A stretch of DNA of 64,000 nucleotides from NCBI GenBank assembly GCA_950054255.1, contig CATLOR010000002.1:143106-207105 (forward strand), read 5' to 3'. The notes under the pieces are model-generated. The model saw nothing but the letters and a program-made list of their open reading frames with translations. It was not told the DNA's origin and did no database searches. Numbering within the stretch: the first letter of the stretch is position 1; each line of letters begins with the position of its first letter. The position numbers were made by a program, and so were the translations under genes. The DNA comes from an uncultured Rickettsiales bacterium. GTDB taxonomy: Bacteria; Pseudomonadota; Alphaproteobacteria; Micavibrionales; GCA-2720935. Below are positions 1 through 11,815 of the stretch, piece after piece.

Positions 1-6
1 GAAAGA

Positions 7-276
7 TTACTTTCTTAAGCCTAAAGACTTAATGAGAGCCTCATAACGATTGATATCAATCTTTTTAAGGTAATCAAGAAGCTTACGGCGTTGGCTAACA
101 AGTTTCAAAAGACCGCGACGGCTGTGGAAGTCGTGTTTGTGATCTTTCATATGTTCTGTTAGGTTACGGATACGCTCAGTTAGAATTGCGATTTGCACTT
201 CTGGTGAACCTGTATCATTTGCTTCGCGCTGATAATCTTTAATAAGTTCAGCTTTTCTTTCTGCAGTAATCGACAT
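7..276 (-). CDS. rpsO: 30S ribosomal protein S15
   Basis: 89-aa ORF with a typical S15 sequence ([23 protein letters not shown]). Conserved position next to truB. Confidence 0.95.
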   Translation of the reverse strand: MSITAERKAELIKDYQREANDTGSPEVQIAILTERIRNLTEHMKDHKHDFHSRRGLLKLVSQRRKLLDYLKKIDINRYEALIKSLGLRK

Positions 277-296
277 CGTGTACTCCTTTGTTAAGG

Positions 297-1244
297 TTAT
301 ATATTAAAAATACGCACAGGTCGTATTTCGGGTCCAATAACTTTGATCATCGCAACAGGTCTGTTCGCACAAAAAGCATAGCCAATAATTTCGTTTGAAG
401 GAGAAGGGGCTATGCCTGCCTTATCTAATCGATCGAAATCTTGTTTGCTTACGAATTTTAAGAACCCGCCTTGCGTCAAAGTAGAAGCTTCTGTGACACT
501 TATAGGCAGAGCCGGGATGTCGTCCAGCGCTGTCTCAAGAGGCAGAAGATACTCTTCTAAGTGTGGTGTTTTAGCATATTTCTCCAATTTTTCAAGAGAA
601 ATCGCATTTTCTAGTAAAAAAGGCCCGACAGAAAGGCGTTTTAATCGACTAATATAGCCAAAACACCCTAGTTTTAGGCCTAAATCACGGGCTATAGAGC
701 GAATATAAGTGCCTTTGCCACATTCTATGCGAAGATCAACCCAATCAGTGTCATGGGCTAGAATCTCGATATCATCAATACGAATGATACGTGATTTTAT
801 TTTGATGTCCTTTTGTCCTTTGCGAGCAAGATCATAAGCGCGTTTTCCATCAATTTTTATTGCAGAAAATTGGGGCGGTATTTGTTCAATTTCTCCGACA
901 AAGTCTGAAAGGACTTCTTTGATATCATCAAGGAGAGGGCGCTTATCACTTTGTTCTATGATATCGCCTTCTAGGTCATCTGTATCGCGTTGTTCACCCC
1001 ATGCTATGCGGCATTCATAGACTTTTTCAAAATCTTGTGCGTAAGCAACTGTTTTGGTGGCCTCGCCAATAGCGATTGGAACAACACCTGTTGCTAAAGG
1101 GTCTAATGTGCCTGCGTGACCAACTTTTTTGATGCCATAGGCACGCCTAACGGCGCCGACCATTTGTGTTGATGTTTTTTCAAGGGGTTTGTCAACAACA
1201 ACCCAGCCGCCGGAAAAAGAAGGTGTGTGGTTTTGTTGTGCCAT
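297..1244 (-). CDS. truB: tRNA pseudouridine(55) synthase TruB
   Basis: 315 aa. Catalytic motif [12 protein letters not shown]. Synteny rbfA-truB-rpsO. Confidence 0.9.
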   Translation of the reverse strand: MAQQNHTPSFSGGWVVVDKPLEKTSTQMVGAVRRAYGIKKVGHAGTLDPLATGVVPIAIGEATKTVAYAQDFEKVYECRIAWGEQRDTDDLEGDIIEQSDKRPLLDDIKEVLSDFVGEIEQIPPQFSAIKIDGKRAYDLARKGQKDIKIKSRIIRIDDIEILAHDTDWVDLRIECGKGTYIRSIARDLGLKLGCFGYISRLKRLSVGPFLLENAISLEKLEKYAKTPHLEEYLLPLETALDDIPALPISVTEASTLTQGGFLKFVSKQDFDRLDKAGIAPSPSNEIIGYAFCANRPVAMIKVIGPEIRPVRIFNI

Positions 1245-1247
1245 TTG

Positions 1248-1607
1248 TTAATCGAGCAAGGTGTTAATTTTATCAAAAAGAGCCGCTGTGTGATCTTTAT
1301 CAAAGGCAATTTTAGGTGTGTTTTTTGTTTCTAAGTTTTTAGCTACATAATGAGAAAAACTTGGAGCTACTTTATTAAGTGCCTCAATAATCTCATCAAT
1401 ATCATCTGTTTCATTTAAAGAAGAAACAAAGGCTGTTGCATGACGCAGGTCAGGACTGATCATAACATCACCGATAGTAATGGCACCTGCGTCTTTTAAA
1501 ACAGGGTCTGCAAAATACTCTCTGTGTAAATATTCTGATAAGACGCGTTTAATATTTTGAGAAACACGCAACTGGCGTTGAGAACGCTCTTTACCGGATC
1601 GTTTCAT
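1248..1607 (-). CDS. rbfA: ribosome-binding factor A
   Basis: 119 aa, with the size and position (infB-rbfA-truB) typical of RbfA. KH-like core (ITIGDVMISPDLRHATAFV). Confidence 0.85.
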   Translation of the reverse strand: MKRSGKERSQRQLRVSQNIKRVLSEYLHREYFADPVLKDAGAITIGDVMISPDLRHATAFVSSLNETDDIDEIIEALNKVAPSFSHYVAKNLETKNTPKIAFDKDHTAALFDKINTLLD

Positions 1608-1630
1608 TTTCTATTACCTTTTATATGATT

Positions 1631-4153
1631 TTAAATTTCGCGTGCAACTTCTTCAACTTCGAAACATTCGATCATATCATTGTCCTTAATATCATCGTAA
1701 TTTTCAAACGCCATACCACATTCCATACCTTCACGTACTTCTTTGACTTCGTCTTTCATACGTTTCAGAGTTTTAAGCGTTCCTTCATGAATAACAACGT
1801 TATCACGAAGAAGACGGACTTTTGCACCACGCTTAACAATACCATCTGTAACCATACAACCAGCAACCTTACCAACTTTAGTAATGTTGAAAACTTGGCG
1901 AATTTGAGCGTAACCAATAAAGTTTTCTTTTAACGTTGGTGATAGTAGACCAGAGAGAAGGGCTTTAATATCATCAATGATATTATAGATGATTGAGTAA
2001 TAACGGATCTCACGTCCTTCTTGTTTTGCTTTATCACGAGCTTGTGCGTTAGCACGAACGTTAAAGGCAATGATGACAGCATTTGATGCATTTGCTAATG
2101 TCACATCGGCTTCGGTAATTTCACCAACAGCAGAGTGTAGAATTTTAACATCTAACTCATCTTCGTGTTCTTCAACTAATTTTTTCAATGAGCCAGCAAT
2201 CGCTTCAACAGATCCTTGTACATCGGCTTTTAAAACAATTGGAAGTGTTTTGACATCTGTTCTTTTTGCTTGAGCAAACAACTGATCCATTGTGCTCGCA
2301 TTTGCAGCCACCTCAAGTTCTTTTGTTTTGCGTTGACGGTATTCAGAAATCTCGCGTGCCTCTGTTTCGTGTTTTACAACAACAAAGTCATCACCAGCAT
2401 TAGGTGTAGAATTTAATCCTAAAACTTCTACAGGTACAGAAGGGCCTGCACTCTCAACCGTTTCACCTTGGTCATTAACAAGCGCGCGAACACGCCCCCA
2501 TTCATCACCAGAGATAAAGATATCACCCACTTTAACAGTTCCGTTTTGAACGAGAATTGTTGCAACTGGACCGCGACCTTTATCAAGCTTAGCTTCAACA
2601 ACGCTACCACGTCCTTCACGCTCAGGGTTTGCTTTAAGTTCAAGCATTTCAGATTGTAATAAAATGGCATCGATTAATTTATCTAAACCGAGGCGCGCTT
2701 TTGCAGAAACTTCAACACATTGAACATCACCACTGTAATCTTCGACAATAACCTCATGCTGTAAAAGTTCTTCTTTAACACGTTGTGGGTTAGCAGCTTC
2801 CAGATCACATTTATTGATTGCAACAATAATAGGCACTTCAGCGGCTTTTGCGTGACGGATAGCTTCAATCGTTTGAGGCATTACGGAGTCATCAGCAGCG
2901 ACAACGAGGACAACGATATCTGTTACATTCGCGCCACGAGCACGCATCTCTGTAAAAGCTGCGTGACCAGGTGTGTCAAGGAATGAGATCTTTTGTCCAT
3001 CATTACGTGTGATTTGATACGCACCAATATGCTGTGTGATACCACCAGCTTCACCAGAAACAACATTTTCTTCACGAAGCGCGTCCAGAATAGATGTTTT
3101 ACCATGATCAACATGCCCCATGATCGTAATAACCGGCGCTCTTGAAACAAGTTCTTTTGCTGTATCTTCACGATCTTCGATTACATTTTCAACGTCGGCT
3201 TCTGTGACACGGCTAAATTTGTGACCAAATTCTGTAACAATAAGTTCAGCTGTATCGGCATCGATAGATTGATTGAGTGTCGCCATGATCCCCATAGTCA
3301 TTAAATATTTAACGACATCAGCGGTTTTTTCACTCATACGTTTAGAAAGCTCTTGTACTGTGATTGTTTCTGGGATAACGACATCACGAATTTGCTTTTC
3401 ACGTGGTTCATCCTCTTGTTTATTTTTATTTTTGCTTTTTGAACGACGGCTAGCCATAGAACGTTGGCGTTGTTCTACTTCATACTCATAGTTTAGCGCT
3501 TGTCCAATTGTTAAGCGTCCATTGTGCCATGAATCATCATTCCCGCCACCTGGGCCACGTTTTTTGCGTGTTTTGTCTTCATCTTCAGTCGTTGTTTTCT
3601 TTGGGGAAGAGGGTGTGAATTTAGGGCGTGCGGCAAGTTCAGCTTCACGTTTTTTACGAGCAGCTTCTTCTTCTGCTTTTTTCTGGTCCTCAACTTCTTT
3701 AATTTTACGAAGCTCTTCAAGCTCTTTCTCACGTTGAGATAGTTTAGGTTGTTCAGGAGTATCGCCTGTTGTTGTTTCTGTAACAACTTCTTCAGGTTGC
3801 TCAGCAGCACGTTTAGCACGCTCAGCTTCTTCAATTTCGCGTTTTTTCGCTTCTTCTTCTTCACGTTCTTTTGCGGCTTTTAAAGCGGCTTCACGCGCTT
3901 GTTGTTCTTGCTTTGTTAAGCCACTAATTTTTTCATCTTTAAATTCGCTGTCACTTTTCTTTGATCCTAATCCTTGCAGAGTAGGGGCAGAGCGTTTGCG
4001 CTTTACTTCAACAGTTACAGATCCACCTGAGCGTGATTTTACCGCAGGAGCGCCACCTTTAAGGCCTAGTGTACCCCCAAGACTCAATGTTTTTTTCTTT
4101 GAGTCGGTTGAGCTTTCTGTTTTGTCTGAGTTGTTTTTTTTATCTGTAGCCAT
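1631..4153 (-). CDS. infB: translation initiation factor IF-2
   Basis: G-domain motifs [18 protein letters not shown], with a long charged N-terminus. The ORF track starts at a TTG (4171). The ATG at 4153 is preceded by AAGAGGAAA and is the likelier start. Confidence 0.95.
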   Translation of the reverse strand: MATDKKNNSDKTESSTDSKKKTLSLGGTLGLKGGAPAVKSRSGGSVTVEVKRKRSAPTLQGLGSKKSDSEFKDEKISGLTKQEQQAREAALKAAKEREEEEAKKREIEEAERAKRAAEQPEEVVTETTTGDTPEQPKLSQREKELEELRKIKEVEDQKKAEEEAARKKREAELAARPKFTPSSPKKTTTEDEDKTRKKRGPGGGNDDSWHNGRLTIGQALNYEYEVEQRQRSMASRRSKSKNKNKQEDEPREKQIRDVVIPETITVQELSKRMSEKTADVVKYLMTMGIMATLNQSIDADTAELIVTEFGHKFSRVTEADVENVIEDREDTAKELVSRAPVITIMGHVDHGKTSILDALREENVVSGEAGGITQHIGAYQITRNDGQKISFLDTPGHAAFTEMRARGANVTDIVVLVVAADDSVMPQTIEAIRHAKAAEVPIIVAINKCDLEAANPQRVKEELLQHEVIVEDYSGDVQCVEVSAKARLGLDKLIDAILLQSEMLELKANPEREGRGSVVEAKLDKGRGPVATILVQNGTVKVGDIFISGDEWGRVRALVNDQGETVESAGPSVPVEVLGLNSTPNAGDDFVVVKHETEAREISEYRQRKTKELEVAANASTMDQLFAQAKRTDVKTLPIVLKADVQGSVEAIAGSLKKLVEEHEDELDVKILHSAVGEITEADVTLANASNAVIIAFNVRANAQARDKAKQEGREIRYYSIIYNIIDDIKALLSGLLSPTLKENFIGYAQIRQVFNITKVGKVAGCMVTDGIVKRGAKVRLLRDNVVIHEGTLKTLKRMKDEVKEVREGMECGMAFENYDDIKDNDMIECFEVEEVAREI

Positions 4154-4167
4154 TTTTATTTTCCTCT

Positions 4168-4848
4168 TCAATCTTGTGGTATAGCATGGTTAGAGGGAAT
4201 TCTCAAATGTTCCATGCGATTTATTAAATTTTTTATGTCTTTTATAAAATGCTGTTTAATGAAGGTGATGTAGACAACGCGCTCCCGAGCAAATATCTGT
4301 CCATAGCGCTCGGCATCTCCAAATAATTTGAAATTATCTGTTGAAAGTGAGCTTGGAATATTTTTTGAAGTCTTGCGATCTGTTGTTAAAACAAAAAGAG
4401 CTTTATTTTTTTTGACGAGTTCTTGCATTTTTTCATATCCAAAAACGACGTCACCGCTACGTCTAGACAGCGAGATATGTTGATAAAAGAGGGTTTCTAA
4501 CAAACTAACAAGATGCTCACATAACTCTTGTGCCGAACTGTATGCGCAGTGTTTGAACAACCCTTCATCAAAAGCGCGTTCAATTGTTGCTACATCTGCT
4601 TTGAGGTGGATTTCTTCCTGAGCCGGAAGCTTTTGTTTTAAATCAGGAATAAAAAGTCCATCAGGAGCTTTTACAAAACGAATGAGGTTATCTTTTGCTT
4701 CGTTGAGAGGTGTTTGCGTTAAAAAACAAGACACAGATGGGCGACGCCCCAGTCTTTTCTTAGAAGGACTGGGGGGATTTAATACCGCCTCATTGGGGGT
4801 ATGATGAGGGTGACCCTCATCTGGTGTACCGCCTTTTATATGTGTCAT
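4168..4848 (-). CDS. YlxR/DUF448-like RNA-binding protein with C-terminal L7Ae-like region
   Basis: Conserved slot between nusA and infB. DUF448-like segment ([35 protein letters not shown]). The motif is degenerate, so the call rests mostly on synteny. Confidence 0.6.
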   Translation of the reverse strand: MTHIKGGTPDEGHPHHTPNEAVLNPPSPSKKRLGRRPSVSCFLTQTPLNEAKDNLIRFVKAPDGLFIPDLKQKLPAQEEIHLKADVATIERAFDEGLFKHCAYSSAQELCEHLVSLLETLFYQHISLSRRSGDVVFGYEKMQELVKKNKALFVLTTDRKTSKNIPSSLSTDNFKLFGDAERYGQIFARERVVYITFIKQHFIKDIKNLINRMEHLRIPSNHAIPQD

Positions 4849-4865
4849 TTCTTCCTAACATTGTT

Positions 4866-6386
4866 TTATGCAACGTCTTCTTGAGCAGGCTCTTCTGCTA
4901 CTGTTTCTTCAATTAAGCCAGCATTTACACGCTCAGCCATGATAATTTCATTGGCTTGTTCAACGCTAACTGTTTTCTTCCCTAAGATTTCAACGAGCTC
5001 ATCACCAGATAAGTAAGCTAAATCTTTACGGCTTTTAACATCTTCTTTTGCAAGTGTTACAAGCATTTCAGGTGTAAACATGCCAAGATCAATAAGATCT
5101 TGTTCTGTACCAAGATCTTTATATTGTTGTTCCATCTCAGCATCACGTTTTTCAATGTAATTTGTTGCACGATTTTGAAGTTCAACAGCAAGTTCTTCTT
5201 CAAAACCTTCGATTTTAACAAGCTCATTAACGTCTTCGTCACGAATTTCTTCTGCCATTGAGAAGCCTTCAGCAACAAGGAGTTGAGCAATTACTTCATC
5301 AACATCAAGGGCTTCAATAAAGAATTGAGAACGCTCAGCAAATTCAGCTGTGCGACGTTCAGATTCTTGTGTTTCAGTCATGATATCAATATCCCAACCA
5401 AGAAGAGATGCCGCTAAACGTACGTTTTGACCACGACGACCAATGGCTAAGCTTAATTGATCATCAGGTACAATAACTTCAATTTTGTTGCGATCTTCGT
5501 CAAATACTACTTTTGCCACTTCAGCAGGAGCAATTGCATTAATCACGAAGGGTGCCATTTCACCAGTCCAAGGAATAATATCGATTTTCTCGCCTTGAAG
5601 TTCATTCACAATGGCTTGAACGCGGCTACCACGCATACCTACGCAAGCGCCGACAGGATCAATACCTGAGTCATGTGAGAAAACAGCAATTTTCGCACGA
5701 CTTCCTGGGTCACGTGCAACTGATTTAATTTCGATGATTCCATCATAAATCTCAGGCACTTCTTGTGTGAAAAGTTTTGCTAAGAATTGTGGGTGTGAAC
5801 GTGATAAGAAAATTTGAGGACCACGTGTTTCTTGGCGCACATCATAAATATAAGCACGTACACGCTCACCATTTTTCAAATGCTCACGTGGTAATGTTTC
5901 ATCACGACGTAAAACAGCTTCTGCTTTACCTAGGTCAACAGTTACATTTCCATACTCAACACGCTTTACAACACCATTGATGATCTCGCCAACGCGGTCT
6001 TTAAACTCGTTATATTGTTTGTTTCTTTCAGCTTCACGCACTTTTTGTGTAATAACTTGTTTTGCAGTCATTGCAGCAATACGACCAAAATCTAAAGGAG
6101 GAAGTTGATCTTTAATAAAGCCGCCAATTTCAATGTCGGCTTCAATAGCTTGTGCTTCAGGAAGAGTTAATTGTGTTGCGTGATCTTCTACAGTTTCAAC
6201 AACTTCACGGTAACGATAAAGATCAATCTCGCCTGTTTTGTGGTTCATGAAAGCACGAATATCATGTTCAAAACCGTATTTTGAGCGACCTGCTTTTTGT
6301 ACAGCTTCTTCCATTGCTGTAATAACAACGTCTTTTTCAATACCTTTTTCACGAGCAAGTGTGTCTACTACATGTAAAATTTCCAT
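4866..6386 (-). CDS. nusA: transcription termination/antitermination factor NusA
   Basis: 506 aa. S1 and KH regions (GACVGMRGSRVQAIVNELQGEKIDII, AIGRRGQNVRLASLLLGWDIDI). rimP-nusA-infB operon. Confidence 0.95.
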   Translation of the reverse strand: MEILHVVDTLAREKGIEKDVVITAMEEAVQKAGRSKYGFEHDIRAFMNHKTGEIDLYRYREVVETVEDHATQLTLPEAQAIEADIEIGGFIKDQLPPLDFGRIAAMTAKQVITQKVREAERNKQYNEFKDRVGEIINGVVKRVEYGNVTVDLGKAEAVLRRDETLPREHLKNGERVRAYIYDVRQETRGPQIFLSRSHPQFLAKLFTQEVPEIYDGIIEIKSVARDPGSRAKIAVFSHDSGIDPVGACVGMRGSRVQAIVNELQGEKIDIIPWTGEMAPFVINAIAPAEVAKVVFDEDRNKIEVIVPDDQLSLAIGRRGQNVRLAASLLGWDIDIMTETQESERRTAEFAERSQFFIEALDVDEVIAQLLVAEGFSMAEEIRDEDVNELVKIEGFEEELAVELQNRATNYIEKRDAEMEQQYKDLGTEQDLIDLGMFTPEMLVTLAKEDVKSRKDLAYLSGDELVEILGKKTVSVEQANEIIMAERVNAGLIEETVAEEPAQEDVA

Positions 6387-6389
6387 TTC

Positions 6390-6911
6390 TTATATCTCCT
6401 TATTTTGAAATGCTTTTAATAATTTATCAGTGATAACCAATTTCGATTTAATAATGGCTTCGAAAGGAAGCTCAAAAATTTCATTTGTTTCAGATGTGAT
6501 AACGATTATGTCATCTTCTTTAATCTCAGTAATAATACCGTTGTAACGTTTTCTGTCATCATGAATATTAGGGGCTTCAATCTTAACTTCGTGCCCTTTA
6601 AAACGAACATAATCAGAAATCTTTACAAGTGGACGGTCAATACCTGGGCTACTTACTTCGAGGTTATAAGCGCCTTCTAAAGGATCTTCGACGTCAAGAA
6701 GTGCTGAAACCGTTTTACTGATATCTTGGCAATCGCCAACGGTAATACATGTGAATTTTTCACCTTCAGCCTTAGGCATGCATTCTGAGAAAATTTGTAA
6801 AGTAGGGCGCTTTTCTGTGCCAACTAAACGCACAAGCACAAGATCATACCCCATGCTCTCTAAGCTTGGGCGAATAATCGAGTCAATTTTTTTCTCTTGC
6901 GGTGTCATCAT
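6390..6911 (-). CDS. rimP: ribosome maturation factor RimP
   Basis: 173 aa, immediately upstream of nusA. LEVSSPGIDRPL motif. Confidence 0.85.
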   Translation of the reverse strand: MMTPQEKKIDSIIRPSLESMGYDLVLVRLVGTEKRPTLQIFSECMPKAEGEKFTCITVGDCQDISKTVSALLDVEDPLEGAYNLEVSSPGIDRPLVKISDYVRFKGHEVKIEAPNIHDDRKRYNGIITEIKEDDIIVITSETNEIFELPFEAIIKSKLVITDKLLKAFQNKEI

Positions 6912-6936
6912 TTTTTAATTCCTATAGTCCTTATAA

Positions 6937-6970
6937 CAAAAAAGTCGGCTTTGGTTTCCCAAGCCAACCT
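6937..6970 (-). terminator. putative rho-independent terminator downstream of the CYTH gene
   Basis: Minus strand reads GGTTGGCTTGG-GAAA-CCAAAGCCGAC followed by TTTTTT. The stem is about 10 bp with one bulge. Confidence 0.45.
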
Positions 6971-7038
6971 TATTAATAAGGTAACAATGTTGACCCTAAG
7001 GTAGGCTAATTTCTTTAAGAAAGCAAGTATATTTTATA

Positions 7039-7728
7039 TTATTTGATTTTGAATTGTTCTGGAGCGGCTGTATGAATTAAGTTTCTGTTACGCAATGACG
7101 GTTCTTTGCTGACAACATATGCTGCACCAGGAAGCTTTTTGAGTGTATCAAAATCCGATTCATGAGCTACCTCAACATCCGCTGTAACAAGCCCTTGGTT
7201 CTTGTCTAAATAGGAATCTACTTCCCACATAAATCCGTGATAATCAATTGCTGTACGCTCTTTCTTTACTGTGTCGATGATGATTGTTTTGAAGACATGT
7301 TCAGCAAAGCTATAAGGGACACTGATTTCAAACTCATCTGAAGAATCACCTAAGCCTCTTTGTTTGATTGTAAATTTAGCAGTGATTTCATCTGTATCTA
7401 AATTTTCAGATGTTCTTATACGAGCTTCAGATGAAGCAATATCGCCTAATGTTAATTCACCAGTTCTTTTATTGTAGCATGGAAGATTAATAATTGAGGC
7501 AAAGTCATTGTCTTTATCAATCGTAACTTCAATGGTGCAATGTTGGTCGGCTCCATCGATGGTAATATGAGCCTTATCACTATCTGGGCTAATGATAATA
7601 TAAAGGCGACACTGTCCTAGAAGCGAGGCTGGAAAATAGCCTTGCTCGAGAAGTGTTCTTTTTTGAGCAGGAAGAGCTTTCCAACTATAGTCCGTGACTA
7701 AAAATTTGCGTTCAATTTCTTTTGCCAT
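7039..7728 (-). CDS. CYTH-domain protein (triphosphate tunnel metalloenzyme family)
   Basis: N-terminal EIERKFLV (the ExExK signature of CYTH). At 229 aa it is longer than the usual ~150-180 aa. Confidence 0.7.
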   Translation of the reverse strand: MAKEIERKFLVTDYSWKALPAQKRTLLEQGYFPASLLGQCRLYIIISPDSDKAHITIDGADQHCTIEVTIDKDNDFASIINLPCYNKRTGELTLGDIASSEARIRTSENLDTDEITAKFTIKQRGLGDSSDEFEISVPYSFAEHVFKTIIIDTVKKERTAIDYHGFMWEVDSYLDKNQGLVTADVEVAHESDFDTLKKLPGAAYVVSKEPSLRNRNLIHTAAPEQFKIK

Positions 7729-7742
7729 TTTAAATATCCAAT

Positions 7743-8543
7743 CTATTTTTTAATGCATGTAAATTCTATAAATCTTGGTTCTCGACCAGCATCCAGTCCT
7801 TTTTGCTCATAACGCGTTTGAGGCCAATCATTAGGGCGCATAGACCAGTCTTTAGCATTGTTAGGGCATTGTTCAAAGTTTGGGTGCTCTAGTGCTTTGT
7901 CGCGCATCCATTCGGCTACACCGTGATGGTCTGATGCCATTCTTAATATGCCTCCATTCTTCATAATCTTTGAGAATTGGTCAAGCATTTCTTTTTGAAT
8001 GAAGCGACGCTTATGATGGCGTTTTTTATGCCATGGGTCGGGATGTAGAACGAATAAGCGTGATATACTATTTTCAGGGAGCTGGTTAAGTACCTTGCGT
8101 GCATCATCAGGCCATATATGAGCGTTTTTAATATCTTTTTCTATCAGGCCTAACATGCAGACGGAAACACCATTTAAAAAAGGTTCACAGCCGATGATTT
8201 CTACCGATGGATTGTTTTCAGCCTGCCAAATAAGATGTTCTCCATATCCAAAACCAATTTCCAACCATGTTTCTTGGTTGAAATCATGCGCTTTGATTTG
8301 TTTTGGCGTGATTTGATAGGTTTCAAGCCCTTTATCTAAGGCGTTTTGTCTTTTTACACGAAGAGGGCGTGCAATACGGCGCCCATAAACCTTATCGCGT
8401 AAACGTTGTTTATGAGTGATGGCTTTTTTACGTGTTGGATCAGTTAAAGAGCCAGTCGTTTTATGAGCCAGTTTTTTGTATATTGTTGAAATGCGCTTGA
8501 AGAGCTTCGACAAGATCTGTTTTCTCCCATGAAAAACCACCAT
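7743..8543 (-). CDS. trmB: tRNA (guanine-N7)-methyltransferase
   Basis: [13 protein letters not shown]-binding motif and [14 protein letters not shown]. Start is uncertain: every ATG lies inside the metK 3' end, and no ATG exists downstream of the metK stop (8461), so a non-ATG start near 8470-8515 is possible. Confidence 0.8.
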   Translation of the reverse strand: MVVFHGRKQILSKLFKRISTIYKKLAHKTTGSLTDPTRKKAITHKQRLRDKVYGRRIARPLRVKRQNALDKGLETYQITPKQIKAHDFNQETWLEIGFGYGEHLIWQAENNPSVEIIGCEPFLNGVSVCMLGLIEKDIKNAHIWPDDARKVLNQLPENSISRLFVLHPDPWHKKRHHKRRFIQKEMLDQFSKIMKNGGILRMASDHHGVAEWMRDKALEHPNFEQCPNNAKDWSMRPNDWPQTRYEQKGLDAGREPRFIEFTCIKK

Positions 8544-9660
8544 CAGATTCTGCATCACGGCCAAAATGACCATAAGCAGCTGTGCGGGCATAGATTGGTT
8601 TGTTTAATTGTAAATGTTCGCGGATACCGCGCGGGCTTAAATCCATTAATTCAGGTAAAATACGCGCGATTTCTTCTTCTGATACTTTGCCTGTTCCATG
8701 TGTAAAGACATAGAGTGATAAAGGTTTAGAAATACCAATTGCATAAGATATTTGGATGGTGCAACGATCAGCCAACCCCGCTGCAACAACATTTTTAGCA
8801 AGATAGCGTGTCGCATAAGCTGCTGAACGATCTACTTTTGTGGGGTCTTTACCAGAGAATGCGCCTCCACCGTGAGGTGCAGCGCCACCATAGGTATCAA
8901 CAATGATTTTACGACCAGTCAATCCAGCATCACCGTCAGGGCCTCCAATGACAAAACGTCCCGTTGGATTAACATAGAGTTCTGTATCTTCTCTAAACCA
9001 TCCCTCAGGTAAGGCTTTCTTAATATAAGGGGTTACCATCGCTTTGACATCTTCTTGTGACAGGCTTTCATTATGCTGAGTTGATAAAACAGCTGCTGTA
9101 ACATGAGAGGGTTTTCCGTCTGTATAAGCAACAGAAAATTGTGTTTTGGCATCAGGACCTAGTTTATTAAGGATACCAGCATGACGATCTTTCGCTAGAT
9201 CTCTTAAGACTTTATGAGAGTAATAGATCGGGGCGGGCATAAGGGCTGAAGTTTCGTTGCATGCATAACCAAACATAATGCCTTGGTCGCCTGCGCCTTC
9301 TTCTTTTTCATTAGCGGCATCAACGCCTTGTGCTATTTCACTTGATTGTGCATGAACTTTGACAATGCATTCTAAGTTATTCCAATGGAAGCCATCTTGT
9401 TCGTACCCTATAGTACGGACTGTATCTCGAGCTATTTGCTCCATCATTGCATGATTAATACTATCAGGGCCTCTTACTTCTCCGGCAATGGCTATGAAAT
9501 TAGTTGTCGCCATTGTTTCAACAGCAACGCGTGAGTAGGGATCTTCTTTTAAAAAAGCATCTAAGATTGAATCAGAGATAGCATCACAAATTTTGTCAGG
9601 GTGACCTTCTGAAACAGACTCACTTGTGTATACGAAATCTTTTTTATAATCCATCAACAA
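8461..9660 (-). CDS. metK: S-adenosylmethionine synthetase
   Basis: 399 aa. [20 protein letters not shown] and [16 protein letters not shown] motifs. Confidence 0.95.
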   Translation of the reverse strand: MLMDYKKDFVYTSESVSEGHPDKICDAISDSILDAFLKEDPYSRVAVETMATTNFIAIAGEVRGPDSINHAMMEQIARDTVRTIGYEQDGFHWNNLECIVKVHAQSSEIAQGVDAANEKEEGAGDQGIMFGYACNETSALMPAPIYYSHKVLRDLAKDRHAGILNKLGPDAKTQFSVAYTDGKPSHVTAAVLSTQHNESLSQEDVKAMVTPYIKKALPEGWFREDTELYVNPTGRFVIGGPDGDAGLTGRKIIVDTYGGAAPHGGGAFSGKDPTKVDRSAAYATRYLAKNVVAAGLADRCTIQISYAIGISKPLSLYVFTHGTGKVSEEEIARILPELMDLSPRGIREHLQLNKPIYARTAAYGHFGRDAESDGGFSWEKTDLVEALQAHFNNIQKTGS

Positions 9661-9740
9661 TTACTCCTCACATGGTAATAACCTTAATTAATTGAGTAGC
9701 TTTTTTGTTATCAGATGCAGTTTGTTATTACAAGTTTATT

Positions 9741-10187
9741 CTAGCTGTTCTCATCAGCGAGTGAGCGCACAAGCTCATAGATTCTTTTGCGCTGTTTCTC
9801 GTCTTTGATATTGTAATAAGCGCGAATAAGATTCATGGTTTCACGGCGTAACATTGGGTCATCACCTTCAAAAGGGGCTTGTTTGTCTTCTGCAAAACCA
9901 GCAGCTTCGGTTGCAATTATTGAATCTTCATAGTCATCAAAGAAAAAAGTAACCGGAATTTGTAATATTTTACTTAAATGATAGAGAGTGCTTGCCGCAA
10001 CACGGTTTTGCCCGCGCTCGTATTTTTGTACTTGTTGATAGCGGATGTTCAACTTCTCAGCAATATCTCCTTGTGTTAAACCAAGAAGATTGCGACGTTG
10101 TCTTATGCGCATACCAACATGTGCATCGATAGAGTCTAATCTTGATTCATCATCTTTTTCATTTATTACCATTGAAAATCTCCTCAT
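9741..10187 (-). CDS. XRE-family helix-turn-helix transcriptional regulator
   Basis: 148 aa. HTH_3-like segment (IRQRRNLLGLTQGDIAEKLNIRYQQVQKYERGQNRV). Confidence 0.75.
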   Translation of the reverse strand: MRRFSMVINEKDDESRLDSIDAHVGMRIRQRRNLLGLTQGDIAEKLNIRYQQVQKYERGQNRVAASTLYHLSKILQIPVTFFFDDYEDSIIATEAAGFAEDKQAPFEGDDPMLRRETMNLIRAYYNIKDEKQRKRIYELVRSLADENS

Positions 10188-10244
10188 AACAATTGACGTT
10201 TTTGTATCTAAAATTACGTAAAAGGCAAAGAATGTGCCAAAACG

Positions 10245-11810
10245 TCAATGTTTGTTTTCCTTACTCATCCAACATGCGTAAAACAAGGGTATTATTAAAC
10301 TAAACACACCAAGTAACCATAGTATTGTATGTTTATATTTGGCATATACGGTTGCATTTTGCAAAGGTTTTGGTATTTTGCCATGAATAATAGCTCTTTT
10401 CCCGTATTTTTCTTTGTATACTGTGTTTCCAAGCGGTGTTGTAATGGATGAAATCCCTGTGTTTGCCACACGGATAAGGGGTATCCCTTCTTCAATTGCA
10501 CGAGATTTTACAATGTCATGGTGTTGATAAGGGCCTATGGAATGATTATACCATGCGTCATTTGTGACATTCAAGAGAACATCGCTTCTTGTTTTTTGTG
10601 CAGTTACATGACCAGAAAAGATAGCTTCATAACAAATAAGTGGTGAAAAAGAGATGCTACTATTTGTAAAAGTAATATCCTCTCTTTTTTTACCAGCTGT
10701 AAATCCTTGTTGTGTGATGGGCATGAATTTTAGATAGCTGTTAAAGGGCACATATTCTCCAAAAGGAACAAGATGCTTTTTATCATAGCGCCTCCAGGCG
10801 TGCTGATTGACAAAAAACACGCTATTAAACATAGAAATTTTTGCACCATTTTTTTCAAAATCAAGTCCGCCTGTAATGAGGTGTGTACCTTCGTTACTGC
10901 GTATGAAGTTGTTAATTTCATTCACAATAGCGTGGCTTTTCTTTGGGATATAGGTAAGTGCTGTTTCTGGCCAAATAATAAGGAGTTCATTATTTTTTTT
11001 ATCTGTAATGCGATGTTTTATTAATGCATCATGAGATAGGCTCATTAATGTTTTGAAGTTATCAACCTCTTTTTCTTGGGCCCATTTATCTTCTTGTTTT
11101 ATATTTGGTTGGATAAGGGCAACATCAATATTTTCTTGGAAAGATGTTTGGGTTGTTTCCATCCTTATATATCCAAATACGCTTAAAATAAAAATTAAGG
11201 ACAGTGTTATCGTTAAACCTCGTTTGCTTGCTAGTGCTATTGAGCATATGATCCAAGTTATAAAAGTTAACCCCCATATCCCAAAGATAGAAACAGATTG
11301 CATGATTGTATCAGAAAAGCCCCAACCATAGCCGATCATATTCCAAGGAAGTCCTGTAAATGCATAGCCTCTCATTAAATCAAAAAGGAAAAATGAAGAA
11401 GCAAAGAAAAAAGCTTTTATAGTATCTGAGTGTTGCGATTTACTTATTTGATCTGAAAATTTATAAAGAACCCCAGCGCAACCATAAAAAAGGCTTAGGA
11501 TAAAAGGAATCCCTATAATGGCAAAAGGCATTAGCCACCAATATGTCCCAATATGAACAAGAAGTGCAAAGCTTATCCAGTAGAGGCTTAAAATAAAATA
11601 CCCCAATGCCCAAGATAAAGAGATCAAAAAAGAATCTTTTAGGGTTGATACGGAATTGAGTAATTGCTGCAGAATTGGAAGCGTTATAAAAAGCAAAAAA
11701 ACAAGATAGGTCGGCGCCATAGCAAGCGCAGAAACAGCACCAACAGCAAAAGAGAAGAAGAACTTTTGTTTGTAGGTAAGGTTTTCTATAAAGTTTTTAA
11801 ATAAAGCCAT
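10245..11810 (-). CDS. lnt: apolipoprotein N-acyltransferase
   Basis: 521 aa. Multi-TM N-terminus plus a CN-hydrolase domain (WPE..., LICYEAIF with the catalytic Cys). Confidence 0.85.
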   Translation of the reverse strand: MALFKNFIENLTYKQKFFFSFAVGAVSALAMAPTYLVFLLFITLPILQQLLNSVSTLKDSFLISLSWALGYFILSLYWISFALLVHIGTYWWLMPFAIIGIPFILSLFYGCAGVLYKFSDQISKSQHSDTIKAFFFASSFFLFDLMRGYAFTGLPWNMIGYGWGFSDTIMQSVSIFGIWGLTFITWIICSIALASKRGLTITLSLIFILSVFGYIRMETTQTSFQENIDVALIQPNIKQEDKWAQEKEVDNFKTLMSLSHDALIKHRITDKKNNELLIIWPETALTYIPKKSHAIVNEINNFIRSNEGTHLITGGLDFEKNGAKISMFNSVFFVNQHAWRRYDKKHLVPFGEYVPFNSYLKFMPITQQGFTAGKKREDITFTNSSISFSPLICYEAIFSGHVTAQKTRSDVLLNVTNDAWYNHSIGPYQHHDIVKSRAIEEGIPLIRVANTGISSITTPLGNTVYKEKYGKRAIIHGKIPKPLQNATVYAKYKHTILWLLGVFSLIIPLFYACWMSKENKH

Positions 11811-11815
11811 GTTCT

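Noticed and set aside
9661-9740. Possible SAM-II/SAM-V riboswitch in the metK leader (AAAAAAGCTAC element), and likewise in the metY leader (28313-28450)
   Set aside because: I could not find the complementary 5' pseudoknot partner or a convincing fold by eye. A covariance-model scan (Rfam SAM-II RF00521, SAM-V RF01826, SAM/SAH) would be needed. This is not reported as a feature.
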